This document shows, piece after piece, positions 1 through 11,543 of a stretch of 64,000 bases of DNA (positions are counted from its first letter, which is position 1; every line of letters starts with the position of its first letter). The translations under genes were made by a program, and so were the position numbers. Below the pieces are notes generated by a model. It saw only the letters and a program-made list of their open reading frames with translations, searched no databases and was not told the DNA's origin. This DNA is from Octopus vulgaris (Eukaryota): assembly GCA_951406725.2 (NCBI GenBank), contig OX597817.1, positions 119,474,001 through 119,538,000 of the forward strand, read 5' to 3'.

Positions 1-268
1 ACACTGTCTCAACTTTAACTGACCAATGAAGGTGCATAGTCTCAGCCCACGCATTCTCTAAATGATATTATCATCTGTCAATCAGCGTAGCTAATTCAGT
101 GTCAGCTTATCTCACTTAGTGATGTTATTTCCTGCCGGCATGTTATGACTTTCAAACCATTTTCCCCCAAAACTAAGGACAATTATACATTAAAACATTT
201 CAAACTGAAGGATAACTTAACTTTCCCATAATCTCATTTTCTTCTGAAACAGTCACATAAGTCATATT

Positions 269-658
269 GGTTTCAAATTTTTGACACAAGGCCAATAATT
301 TTGAGGAAGAGCTTAACTGGTACTAATGTTATCAACCCTGAAGTGATGTAAGGCAAAGTCATCCTTGGTGGAATTTGAACTCAGAATGTAAGGATAGAAC
401 AAAAAGCCTCTAAGCATTTTGCTCAGTATGCTAAAGATTCTACCAATTTTGGCACAAGGCTAGCAAGTTCAGAGGAGGGGGCTAATTGATTACAACAACC
501 TCAGTACACAACTAGTACTTATTTTATCAAGTCGAAAGGATGAAAGGCAAAGCTAACATCAGTGGAATTAGAACTCAGAACATAAAGACAGATGAAAAGC
601 TTCTAAGACAGATGAAATGATGCCTATCATGCTAATGATTCTGTCAGTTCACCACCTT
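269..658 (-). mobile_element. SINE family A (tRNA-derived head, gcctttcatcctttcggggtcgat-type core), two tandem degraded units
   Basis: Reverse complement matches the intact copy at 8105-8334 (ggaatttgaactcagaa, gaaaggatgaaaggcaaag). Units at ~269-444 and ~445-658. Outer TSD tcacata(a)gtcatatt at 253-268 and 986-1000. Confidence 0.8.
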
Positions 659-667
659 ATATCACAT

Positions 668-977
668 CACATCACATCACATGGCTGACTAGGCTATCAG
701 ATGTTGCTACACATCACTGGTCACAATGTGCTTTGCATTGTTTTAGCCTTCAAATGACACCACCCCGCTGGCTAAGTGAGCAGGCCAACAGAAGAAAGAG
801 TGAGAGAAAGTTGTGGCGAAAGAGTACAGCAGGGATCGCCACCACCCCCTGCCAGAGCCTTGTGTAGCTTTAGGTGATTTCGCTCAATAAACACTCACAA
901 CGCCCGGTCTGGGAATCGAAACCACCATCCTACAACTGCAAGTCCGCTGCCCTAACCACTGGGCCATTGCGCCTCCA
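668..977 (-). mobile_element. tRNA-derived SINE family C with (atgtg)n tail
   Basis: Minus strand begins ggaggcgcaatggcccagtggttagggcagcggac...ggtttcgattcccagacc (A and B boxes). 3' tail is (atcac)n on the plus strand. TSD ccttatatcacat on both sides. Confidence 0.88.
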
Positions 978-2283
978 CCCTTATATCACATAGTCATATT
1001 AAAATCAAACTGTATAGGTCAGAAGAAATGAGACAATGAATATTGGATTCAAGAAGATGAACTTATTGGGTGATAAAAAGAAAACACAAAAGTATAAGAA
1101 AAGTCAGTTATAAATTCCTGAAGAGATGGTGAAAGACAAGTTTTTGTTAATTATTTGTCTGGATTAACATATGTACTAGTAACTCGTATACTAGCCAGAT
1201 AAAGCCAACTCAAGATGTTAAGAGCCTAATCAATCCTATATAATTCTCACACTATATTGCCAAGAGATTTCTTTTATCTTTTTGTGAGGATGAATAATTT
1301 ATTGTCAATAATAAATATTCATACCAACAATGAGTAAGGTTTTCTTTTTCGTTTTCTTTTTTTTTTAACATAATTACACATTAAAAATATTGTTATTATA
1401 CAATTGGTGCTATGTATCTTTCAGAAATCTCAATACTTTTGGATTTCTTTTCATATGTTGTCTAAGATTTCTTCTACTTCAAAGGCATCTTATTAGATCA
1501 GGGAATTAACAACTGGTTAAAAAGAAATAGAAAGTATGACAAAACCATTTCTCCAATTAGTGTGTTTGTTTGAAAGCAATTTTAATGGTAGTATATATAA
1601 TTTCATAGCTACAACACACACACACATTATTTATATGTAGCAAGAATGATAAATATATTACTATAAAAGTAATAACAGTCTTATTAGAATGCATTGTGCA
1701 TTATTGATATTAACAAGGATAAGCTCTACAGTGTATTACCAGAATTGTTCAGTTCTTAAATGGTAGTGACATTTTAGGAAAAACACGATGAATGAATTTG
1801 TGACAAATGTAAAAAGAACTACATTACACAAAATTCTATTTCTTTTTATTGTAGTTTTTGGCTAAACTCTGCTTTATTTTTAATTAATTTACAAAACAAC
1901 CCCTTTAGGTTCAAGATCAACAAAAATCTTTCTGTTATTTCAAGATCTAAGATACTTTTCCTTAATATGGCTTCTAAGATTAACCTCTTTAGATCTAGCT
2001 TCTGCTTTGTTACATTTAAAAAGTTCAGTGAGCTGTTGCCTCTGTTGGTGATGGGGAACTCCTCCTCATAAATAAGGGCAAAAGGTATGATTTATGCATG
2101 TGATGCTCAGAAAGAAAATGTCACTAGAAACAAGGGTGTTGAATGTGGAGGATATACACCCAGCTGGAAATAAATGTGTCAAGCAGGGCATGCTTGATAC
2201 AATTCAGTGTAATGTCAACCAACATGAATGATGGGTTGAAAGTGTACTGAGTGAAAAACAAACACAAATATCTGCTACAGTCT

Positions 2284-2733
2284 AAGGCGGCAAGCTGGCA
2301 GAAATTTTGGCATGCTGGGTGACATGCTGAGTTGTATTTCATCTGACGGCAGCGAGCTGGCAGAAACGTTAGCATGCCAGGCGAAATGCGTAGCCGTATT
2401 TTGTCTGCCATTATGTTCTGAGTTCAAATTCCGCCGAGGTCGACTTTGCCTTTCATCCTTTTGGATGTACCAGTTATACACTGGGGTCGATGTAATCGAC
2501 TTAATCCATTTGCCTGTCCTTGTATGTCCCCTCTGTGTTTAGCCCCTTGTGGGTAGTAAAGAAATAGGTATTTCATCTGTCTTTATGTTCTGAATTCAAA
2601 TTCCACTGAGATCAACTTTGATTTTAATCTTTTCAGGGTTGATAAATTAAGTACCAGCTGAGAACTGGGGTCGATCTAATCCCCTGGCCCCCTCCCCAAC
2701 AATTTCGGGCCTTGTGCCTGGAGTAGAAAAGAA
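2284..2733 (+). mobile_element. Composite SINE family A: a younger copy (2348-2566) inside an older family A copy
   Basis: Inner copy is flanked by gtatttcatctg (2334-2345, 2568-2579). Whole unit is flanked by aat(a/g)tctgctacag (2267-2280, 2732-2745). Confidence 0.88.
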
Positions 2734-3043
2734 TGTCTGCTACAGGGTAAAGTGAAGACTGCAATGGTATGGAGGAAATGATAGTTTAAAATAAAGTATG
2801 ATGGTTGAATAAAATGAAGAATTATAGCTGAGTGAAAATTGAAAAGGCCAAACAATAGAGATAGAAAGAAACTGCAGATGAGGATGACCAAACAAAGCAT
2901 GAGATGATCTAAAGATGCTGAGGCTCACAAACAAAACTAGGGCAAGTAGAGAGACACTGATGAAACTGACCCTTCCTACTCATTCTTGCATGGAATAGTA
3001 AATGTAAAAAGTTATGGTGAAGTTTCATAACAACATAAATTAT

Positions 3044-3091
3044 ATCAGTATCTGTTGTGTATATGTAATCAGTATCTGTTGTGTATATGTA
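3044..3091. repeat. Perfect 24-bp tandem duplication
   Basis: atcagtatctgttgtgtatatgta x2. Confidence 0.9.
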
Positions 3092-3231
3092 ATGTACATA
3101 CAGACAAACATACAAGCATGTATTCTTTTCACTCATTTGTCATTAGACTATGGCACCACCATCAAAGATTTTAGCATAACAATACGTTATGTATTTATTT
3201 CTCTTTAGTACATATATGTACAAGCATGTGA

Positions 3232-3237
<6 letters not shown>

Positions 3238-3303
<66 letters not shown>
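3238..3303. repeat. Compound microsatellite (TA)n(GA)n
   Basis: Direct reading. Confidence 0.97.
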
Positions 3304-3305
<2 letters not shown>

Positions 3306-3529
3306 ACAAACTGAGGAAAAGAGTTCCTTCAAAGGAGTGTGTTAAACATCCAATTCACTGGTACATCAGTTGAATACCATATAAATAGTGCAATTACAAA
3401 GATAAATTAAATAGACGGATACAATTGAATATCAAATAATTTATTTATATTATAGTATTACATAATATACTATGAAATAATATAACTTAATATTATATAA
3501 CAAACAATTATTAAAAAAACCAAAAACGC

Positions 3530-3612
3530 TAACAAATTGTTTCGACTTATATACATTTTCTGATATAGATACACAATAATAGTTCCCTTATATATATAAG
3601 TCACTTCAGGGT
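3530..3612 (-). ncRNA. Degenerate type-I hammerhead ribozyme motif (Penelope-like)
   Basis: Minus strand: ctgaagt + stem gacttatata...tatataagtc + gaaac aattt gtt. A9 is substituted and stem I is poor. Confidence 0.45.
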
Positions 3613-3885
3613 CATGGTTTAAAGATAGACGAAATTCCGTGTGAAAGGAGGGTTGGATTGTAAAAATTAATTCAAATGTCTATGTTTTATGAGCATGAGC
3701 ACTAACTATTCAATCATACATCAATTACAATAAAAAAAACAACAAAAACACTCTAACAGATGATACAGTCAAGTAAGTGCAACCCACAACCATCGAAATT
3801 CACTTCATTACATCTCAAACACATACCAATCGAAATCTTTCCATGTCCAAGAGAGTCCCTTGTCACCACAACATACAACAATAAG

Positions 3886-3890
<5 letters not shown>

Positions 3891-3980
<90 letters not shown>
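3891..3980. repeat. (TA)n microsatellite
   Basis: Direct reading. Confidence 0.97.
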
Positions 3981-4869
3981 ATTAAGTATCTAAGTCTTCT
4001 CCTATCTAGAACTGCAACAAAAACTATACAAACAATTTCATCTTCAATACAACAACTCTTCTATTTATTTAAATGAATTGATATAAACAAAATTATTGTC
4101 TTTAATTATTGTTTATCAGGGGAAGATAATTCCGGAACAGATATGAATTGAAACCTAATGAAAATTTCCTTGCTTAACTAATTTATCATAGAGAGAATTC
4201 CATAATAAACACTAATATAAACTTGAGGATGTAAATGCAATAAACAAAGTACTCCATAGATATATATTTAGGCTATAGTAATGGAAATCAAAATTTACTA
4301 ATCTTTTAGGGGTAACCAGGTTTGAAGTTACTTAAATAATGATTGTTATTCGTATATTATGGAAGGGAAAATTTAGTGAATGGATAGAAATCAATAACAT
4401 AAACCTAACAAGTATTAAGGACTGTTCTTGATAAACTAATCAATATTATTATTTACAAACTCAAGGACCATACATAGTGCATATCCAAACTCTATCAATA
4501 CTCTCAGAAGTAACAAATAACATTGTTGGAATAAAAATAAAATTTATAAACTATACAATACTATAATAATTAATTTCATTCTGAAATTTATTTATTAAGT
4601 CAAATGAAAGTATTCATTGTTATTATTATTATTATCATCATCAACTAATTAATAAATTAAATAAGTGTATTTATACACATATTCATTTATGTATTTAGTA
4701 TAATGAAGACATCTTATATGTGATATGTAATTAATATTAAATACTTATATAATGATAAATTTAACAGTAACTACAAGAATATTCACTAAAATGAAGCAAT
4801 TTAGAATTTGTCCACTAATGATTAATTTTCTAAATTACGTTATTACATAGACTGAGATGACAAAACTCA

Positions 4870-5158
4870 AATATATACATATCTACACACACATATATAC
4901 ATAAATATACATATACACTCAGACATATACATATACACACATACATATACACATGTACACACATACATGTACATACGTATGTATATATTTATATGTGTGT
5001 GTGTGTATACGTGTATATATATATATAAACATACATATGTATGTTTATATATTTGTATGTGTATATATATATATATGAAACATGTGTGTATGCATACACA
5101 CACACACATATATATACACACGTGTGTTTATATATGTATGTTTATATATATGTATATA

Positions 5159-5237
<79 letters not shown>

Positions 5238-5297
5238 TGTATGAATGTATCTATGTGTGTGTTTTATGTATGTATGTATGTATGCATATATATGTGA
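4870..5297. repeat. Compound (CA/TA/TG)n microsatellite region
   Basis: Direct reading; source of several spurious YI-rich ORFs. Confidence 0.95.
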
Positions 5298-5299
5298 GT

Positions 5300-7750
5300 G
5301 TGTAGTAAATATATTTCCAGAGATTTGTGAGTATGTGAATTAATGTGAGCATATACATGAAGATTAATGGACTCATGGAATGGGTATAATTTCTCTTTAG
5401 CACACATGTTCATCTACGATTACGCTTTATGTATATGTCTTGCTCTTTCTTGAAGATTCAGTATTTCCAATGTTTTTATGCAAAGTCGTTCTTGCATAAG
5501 CCAAGTGCGCCAATGATAACAATCACAAATGAGAATCTTCAGTCAGAATACAAGAGGTGTGAATTCTACATTAGTTTATGATAGAAGTTTTCTTTTTCTA
5601 AAACTATAGATGAGACAACTTCATCCACTGGGAATATGATCTCTACAACAGAGCATGACTTTTGTTCCTTGTTTCATCAGAACATTATATTGCTATTTTT
5701 ATTAGAATGTTCTAACCATATTCTTTACTTTTAAAAGGTGCAAATTCTGGGTGTGCCTTTGGTATGGCAATCAGAACAATCTTCCCTGTGGACAGTATCG
5801 TTAATAGTACTGGCAACAATGTTATATCTCATGGGAAGGTGGTAATTTGCAGGTATTTTTGGCAGCTGCTGCAGATGTTGATGCTATCTTCAACACTGTA
5901 TGATACTATCAACATTGTCTCTCACAACATGGTATTTTGGAGGTATCCTTATCTCTTTTGTTGATCAGATATTCACTAGCTAAGGCTTGTACCTAGAAAG
6001 CAAAGACATACCATTCTAGATATGCTGCAAAGTATCACAAGTTCCAGAAGTTATATTTCCTGTCAATATTTTGGTATCCACTATCTTGAATGATATATAT
6101 ATATATATATAAATATATACTCATGCATAAGTTTATGATGACATGATTTTTCTCATAAGTTTCTTTCCATGTCCACCTACCTTCTGGTCACATGGAACAG
6201 CAGTTCTACACTCAAAGTACCAAAACAAGAATTGCTTCCTTGCTCTTTAAATCTTGCTATTTTCATTGTTGAGTGAACATGAGATGACTCATTTTTCTCT
6301 AAAGTGTATAATATTATTTGGATATGATGTGGCACTCCAAGGTCATTTGGACAAACGTTTGGACTGTTCCATCCTTCAGTATCATTTCTGATGTGTAAGT
6401 CATCAGTTGTAGTTAATGCATTCCTAATCTTGATGTCCAAGAGGTCTTCAAATGACCAATCTAGTGTTCTAAATGTTGGCTCTAGCACTGTACTGTAAAA
6501 GCATTAAGGGAATTTACCCTATTGATTGTAAATAATTCTGACTTCTATACTTTCTGAATTTTACTGAAGAATTCCTTTGTCACCCTAGCTTTACTCATAG
6601 CACTAATATAAGCAACATTTTCATCAATTCCAAGACACTTGTAGCATTCATCATAAGAGATAGAGGAGATAGAGAAGCCATCAATATCCATATCCCTCAT
6701 TTAGTTAGCAATATTTCCTTGATTAATCACTAAATATGAACACTTATCTTCACCAAACTCCATTTCTATGTCCCATAAGAATGCTTTGATTAGCTCCAAC
6801 TGTCTCTTGTTGCTGTGAAAATTTCTTGAATACAGCTCCAAGTCATAAACAGAAAAGGTACAGGTGACTTTACTCTTCTATTTTCTGCAGTTCCCAACAC
6901 AGCCTTCAATTTTCTCAATTGGCAAGGGGTCCAGTATCAAAAAAAATACCAGAACAGACAAACTATTGTTCTGATAATCAAATTATCTTTGTACTTGTAT
7001 CAGTTCTGAGTGATAACTGTATGAACCTTGTTGTAGTCAGAGTTTTAATGGTATTGATTATAGCAGACAGAACATTAGCACAGTACAATCACTATTGTAC
7101 ACACAAGTGAGAGACCGAGTCAAATGTCTTTTCACAATCAAACCATATTTTCAGTAGATTTCAGCGATGCTACTTCACATCCTTAAGAATAGCTCTGAAG
7201 GAAGGAGGCCATTTTTTTTTATTTGTTTTTTTTGTTTGCCCATCAGTCACCACATCATTTGTTTCAGTGTGACCTTGGAGAAGCCCACTGAAGCAATGTA
7301 TACACAGTTTATACATTACATACAAGCATGTTGCTAATCTTTAATATTTTTCCACATGTTTCTCCTCATTCTGTCAATGCCATAGTCAACCAAATTGGCA
7401 AATTAAGTTCAACATCCATTGCCATTTTAACATGTTGGCAATTGCTCTCCTGTAAATGTGAGTTTCCTATAGCCAACAGTCAGGTAATTTTCCCATTTGG
7501 TAGTTTTACAACTGAGAGAAGAATTTTGCTGATGATATAGGTTTCAGAAGACATTTGGACAGTACTCACTCTGTAAGCTCAATTAACCACATTGCATCAT
7601 GGTTTGCTGTTCATTTGCATTCAAGATACACCTTCATTAACTCCCAAAATTATTTCAAATCATTCCAAAGATGAGCATTTCTGACCTGACCTTTCATAAT
7701 GCAATTTAAAGTTTATAGGCTCAATACACACAGAGTTGATAGTCCTAATT
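5300..7750 (-). mobile_element. Decayed non-LTR retrotransposon with restriction-like endonuclease (R4/Dong-like), 5'-truncated
   Basis: Broken minus-strand translation gives RT motifs NLLKIWFDCEKTFDSVSH (~7100-7170), FSVYDLELY...DIEMEFGEDKCSY (~6740-6870) and ECYKCLGIDEN (~6620-6650). It also gives LEPTFRTLDWS...DIKIRN (6177-6488 ORF), a zinc-knuckle region EYLINKRDKD...CCERQC...LPMRYN (~5810-5990), and an RLE region VVEIIFPVD...EKENFY...IIGALG (~5500-5660). Many stops and frameshifts. Confidence 0.82.
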
Positions 7751-8104
7751 CATAAAACTTCCTACCTATGAATGTATGTTTGCAAGCATTAAAAACAACA
7801 AGTAATCAAGTACAGCATATTGCAAAGTCATGAATAACCTAACATCTAACCCGGCAAGCCTGGAAATAAGGATAACTAGGAACTTGGCAAGACAAAAATA
7901 ACCCAGCAGGTGATGAACAACTATCTAATAATGGCATGGATACTTAGAAATTCCATACTGGTGTCCAGAGCTCTGTAAGACTAGCAGGAATTTGGACCCC
8001 ATAAAGCAAATGTTTAGGAGATGGTTGCTCTGTTACAAGAAAGGTATTGTGCTTCTTTGGACCAGATAATGACTGACATTGCAATGTTACACAGGCTATT
8101 CTAA

Positions 8105-8334
8105 GGCGGTGAGCTGGCAGAAACGTTAGCACGCCGGGCGAAATGCGTGGCCGTATTTCGTCTGCCGTTACGTTCTGAGTTCAAATTCCGCTGAGGTCGA
8201 CTTTGCCTTTCATCCTTTTGGGGTCGATTAAATAAGTACCAGTTACGCACTGGGTCGATATAATCGACTTAATCCGTTTGTCTGTCCTTGTTTGTCCCCT
8301 CTGTGTTTAGCCCCTTGTGGGTAGTAAAGAAATA
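8105..8334 (+). mobile_element. SINE family A, young intact copy
   Basis: ggcggtgagctggcagaaacgttagc...gagttcaaattcc (A/B box-like), core gcctttcatccttttggggtcgat, tail gtagtaaagaaata. CpGs are retained. Approximate TSD tattctaa/tattataa. Confidence 0.92.
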
Positions 8335-10170
8335 TATTATAAACTTAGATTCCATATAGACACTACTGGCAATTATTTTCTAATCATCAGTGATGGTCAT
8401 ATCTGTCCAATGAATAGACAGCCATAAAATAAGTATGAATAAATAAATATAAAGATACTTGAGTGGTTGGATATAGTTTTTAGACTTGAATATGCTGAAG
8501 CAATTTTATAGTTCTTACTCTGCTAATAAAGTGAAGCAATTAAACAAATTGCAAACATTTATATGATACAGTTAGCAAATGGTTATTTACACTGCAAATA
8601 AGTTAAAATAACTTTTTATTTCTTATACTAATTATAATTTACATCAATTCTGAATTGACTTATATATTAATGATCATGTGAAATAGATTGTAAATGTGCA
8701 GCTTGATAATCTGTTTCATCCTTTGTATAGAGAATAATAACTTAAGTTAAAGAGAGAAAATTATGAATACTGAAAGTTAGATGAAATGTATTAGCAAAGC
8801 TTATAACACAAATACTGCAATCCCTAGTGTGGGAATCGAACTAACACACAACTTTATAATTGCTGATCAAATTTTTTACAATTTACAATGGCCTATGCAG
8901 CACTGGGATTTGCAAAAGCAATATAAACATAAAACTCAAAAGAGGTATGGGATAAAATATATTTAATTTGAAGTACTTTGCTGTCCAACTATTCCAGCTA
9001 TCTTGATATTTCTTCAGCATGAGCTGCTTTTGAATATACTGATTATGTCAAATTATTTAAAGTATGATTTAACACAGAAAATGATTTTTGTGAGTTTTGA
9101 TGACTATACATCACTTAGTTGTTATTTTGCTTTGTGTTTCATAATTTATAGTAGTCAAAATTAATCAATTTTTAGCTTCCATTGAGACTTTGTCATCATC
9201 ATTTTATGTGTTTTAAGATGGTAGTTGGCTGGCTGCAGTCACTTGAGACTTCTCTAGAGAAATTCATTTTCAAAACTTAATAGCATTTTACAATTCATAG
9301 CATCTGTGTTCTTTAAACATTTAAAACTGCACATCATTGAGATATTTAAAGTATCTCAAGTTAACTAATTTACTTTTCAAACCAAACTTTTATTATATAC
9401 TAATCAGAAATATCATTTACTTAATTAAATATTTAGAGATATGATAATCACTTGTGTAATATTCTTCATTCATCTCATTCGTAACAGTAAAATTGTCATA
9501 GACTGTTGCTTTTCACATGCTAGCAGAACCAAAGGTCCAATAATTTAATAGGATAATACCCAACTGTGAATGTTAAAGAAAATAGTTTAAATTTCTGGTT
9601 TTACTTCCAAGTTATAATACAAATATATCAAGATAAACTTATGTTAACAAATATACTAACACTAGTACTGCATTCAATACCTTGTCATATCTTGTTTAAG
9701 TATCATTCTTATTACTTAATGAAATTGAAATCAATTTTTATTAGCTGCCTGCTAAAAAGACTGCTATGTGTCTCAAGTTAAGACTAATTACTTAGAATAA
9801 AATTTTATTCAGTTCATTCATATCCCATTGAAATATTATATATATTTTATATTCTTATAATAAATCTTTTGACCAATGGATTCTCTTGATAGAATCATCC
9901 ACATTAAATCTTCAAGGCAAAACTGAAAGTGTTGTTACATAGTCTAAAGTTTCCCTAACTGAGTAGATAGAAAGAACATGCAATTATTCTAATTAGATGC
10001 AAAAGTTATAACTTTTAAGTCTTAACATTTTATAAATGTAACTGATTCTGAATACAGCATACCATATTTTAAGTGAAAATGTCTCTCATAAAGATTAAAA
10101 ATAAATTTATTCCAGTTTTACACATGTAGTAAATACTAAATATAAAGTAGTTAGTTATGAATTTAATATA

Positions 10171-10275
10171 TCATCATCACCACCCTTTTAACATCCTCAT
10201 TTCCATACTCACATGGGACAAACAGAATTTATTGAGGTGAATTACCTATAGCTAGATACCCTGCCTGTCACCAAC
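10171..10275 (-). mobile_element. SINE-like family D 3' fragment ((gat)n tail), degraded
   Basis: tcatcatcac...tttaacatcc...tttccatactcacatggga matches the family D tail at 51520-51576. Confidence 0.55.
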
Positions 10276-10468
10276 AAATGATTTCACAGTTTCTGCTTAC
10301 TTGCCATCATCTGACTGATGATGTTACTTAAAGCAAAATATCGAAGTCACTGGACTTTTTCCTTGAAAAAAATATAGAACAACAGAAAGTACTGAGTGAT
10401 CCTTCAATTTAATGGTTAACTGTTTTTGTTAAATATTTAGCTTAACATAAAAGCAGGCCTTCAGATAA

Positions 10469-10525
<57 letters not shown>

Positions 10526-10607
10526 GGTCCCGGGTTGAGTCGGGGTTAACCACAGTAAATAAGGTACTGAATACATAGCAGAGTAAAGTAATTTATTTTA
10601 TAGAAGG

Positions 10608-10658
10608 AGCTTCTACAGGACTAGAACTGTTTCATTCTGATGAAATCTTCAGGAAGCT
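10608..10658 (-). ncRNA. Minimal type-I hammerhead ribozyme
   Basis: Minus strand: agcttc CTGAAGA tttcatcagaat GAA acag ttctagtc ctgt A gaagct. Stem I is 6 bp, the core is intact, stem III is acag/ctgt, and the cleavage triplet is GUA. Stem II is short, with a U-U first pair. Confidence 0.7.
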
Positions 10659-10705
10659 TCCTGAAGATTTCATCGGAATGAAACAGTTCTAGTCCTGTAG
10701 TAGCT
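10655..10705 (+). ncRNA. Mirror-image hammerhead ribozyme (one stem I mismatch)
   Basis: agcttc CTGAAGA tttcatcggaat GAA acag ttctagtc ctgt A gtagct. Confidence 0.6.
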
Positions 10706-10716
10706 CCTTCTATAAA

Positions 10717-10757
<41 letters not shown>

Positions 10758-10771
10758 TGTATGTATACATG

Positions 10772-10982
10772 CATCATCAACATTTAACATCTGTTTTCCA
10801 TGCTGGCATAGGTTGGATGACTTGACAAGAACTGGCAAGGCCAAGGACCACACCAGGTTCCATAGTCTGTTTTAACTAGGTTTCTAGGGCTGGGTGCTCC
10901 TCCTAATATCAACCACTCCAGACAGTGTACTGAGTGCTTTTTACTTGGGACTGTCACCAGTGCTTTTTATGTGACACCAGTG

Positions 10983-10985
<3 letters not shown>
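10772..10985 (-). mobile_element. SINE-like family D (ggaagggcatcc-type core, (gat)n tail), degraded
   Basis: catcatc...tttaacatctgttttccatgctggcataggttggatg matches the reverse of 51258-51576. Confidence 0.75.
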
Positions 10986-11015
<30 letters not shown>

Positions 11016-11165
11016 CAAAATATAAATAAGAAATTTAATTTTAAGTATTAAAAATAAGTACCAATTTATAATTCCGTGAAACAAAAGTATTCAATGTTTT
11101 TTATTTTACAAAAATCATGTGTATTCACAAAAAGAAAATGCTCTATTAACAGGGAGTGATCTATA

Positions 11166-11543
11166 GGTGCAAGTGTGGCTGTGTGGTAAGAAGCTTGCTT
11201 ACCAACCACATGGTTCTGAGTTCAATTCCACTGCATGGCACCTTGGGCAAGTGTCTTCTACTATAGCCTCAGACCAACCAAAGACTTTTGAATGGATTTG
11301 GTATACGAAAACTGAAAGAAGCCCATCATATGTATATGTGTGTGTCTGTGTTTATCCTCCCACCATCACTTGACAACTAATGTTGGTGTGTTTATGTCCC
11401 TGTAACTTAGCAGTTCAGCAAAAGAGACTGATAGAATAAGTACTAGGAGTCAATTTGTTTGTCTAAAAGGTGGTGCTCTAGTAAGGCCACAGTCAAAATG
11501 ACTGAAATGAGTAAGTAAAAGAGTAAGTAAAAGAGTAAGTAAA
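11166..11543 (+). mobile_element. SINE family B (tRNA head, CORE-like gcaccttgggcaagtgtc domain, internal microsatellite)
   Basis: gtggctgtgtggtaag A box, gagttcaattcc B box, CORE-like motif, 3' end gactgaaa followed by (gagtaagtaaaa)x3. Confidence 0.88.

Larger units (their letters stand above)
10523..10722. mobile_element. ~200-bp fold-back element inserted in (TA)n, probably Penelope-derived and non-autonomous
   Basis: Flanked by (TA)n at 10475-10522 and 10721-10754. Contains a 132-bp spacerless palindrome (10591-10722) with 2 mismatches. Confidence 0.75.

Noticed and set aside
900-977. tRNA-like sequence on the minus strand (also at 49930-50000 and the family B heads)
   Set aside because: These are SINE heads continuing into SINE bodies with tails, not stand-alone tRNA genes.
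1115-1145. ctgaaga...gaaa hammerhead-like words (also at ~22349 and ~23953)
   Set aside because: No pairing stem II, or no stems I/III; chance matches.
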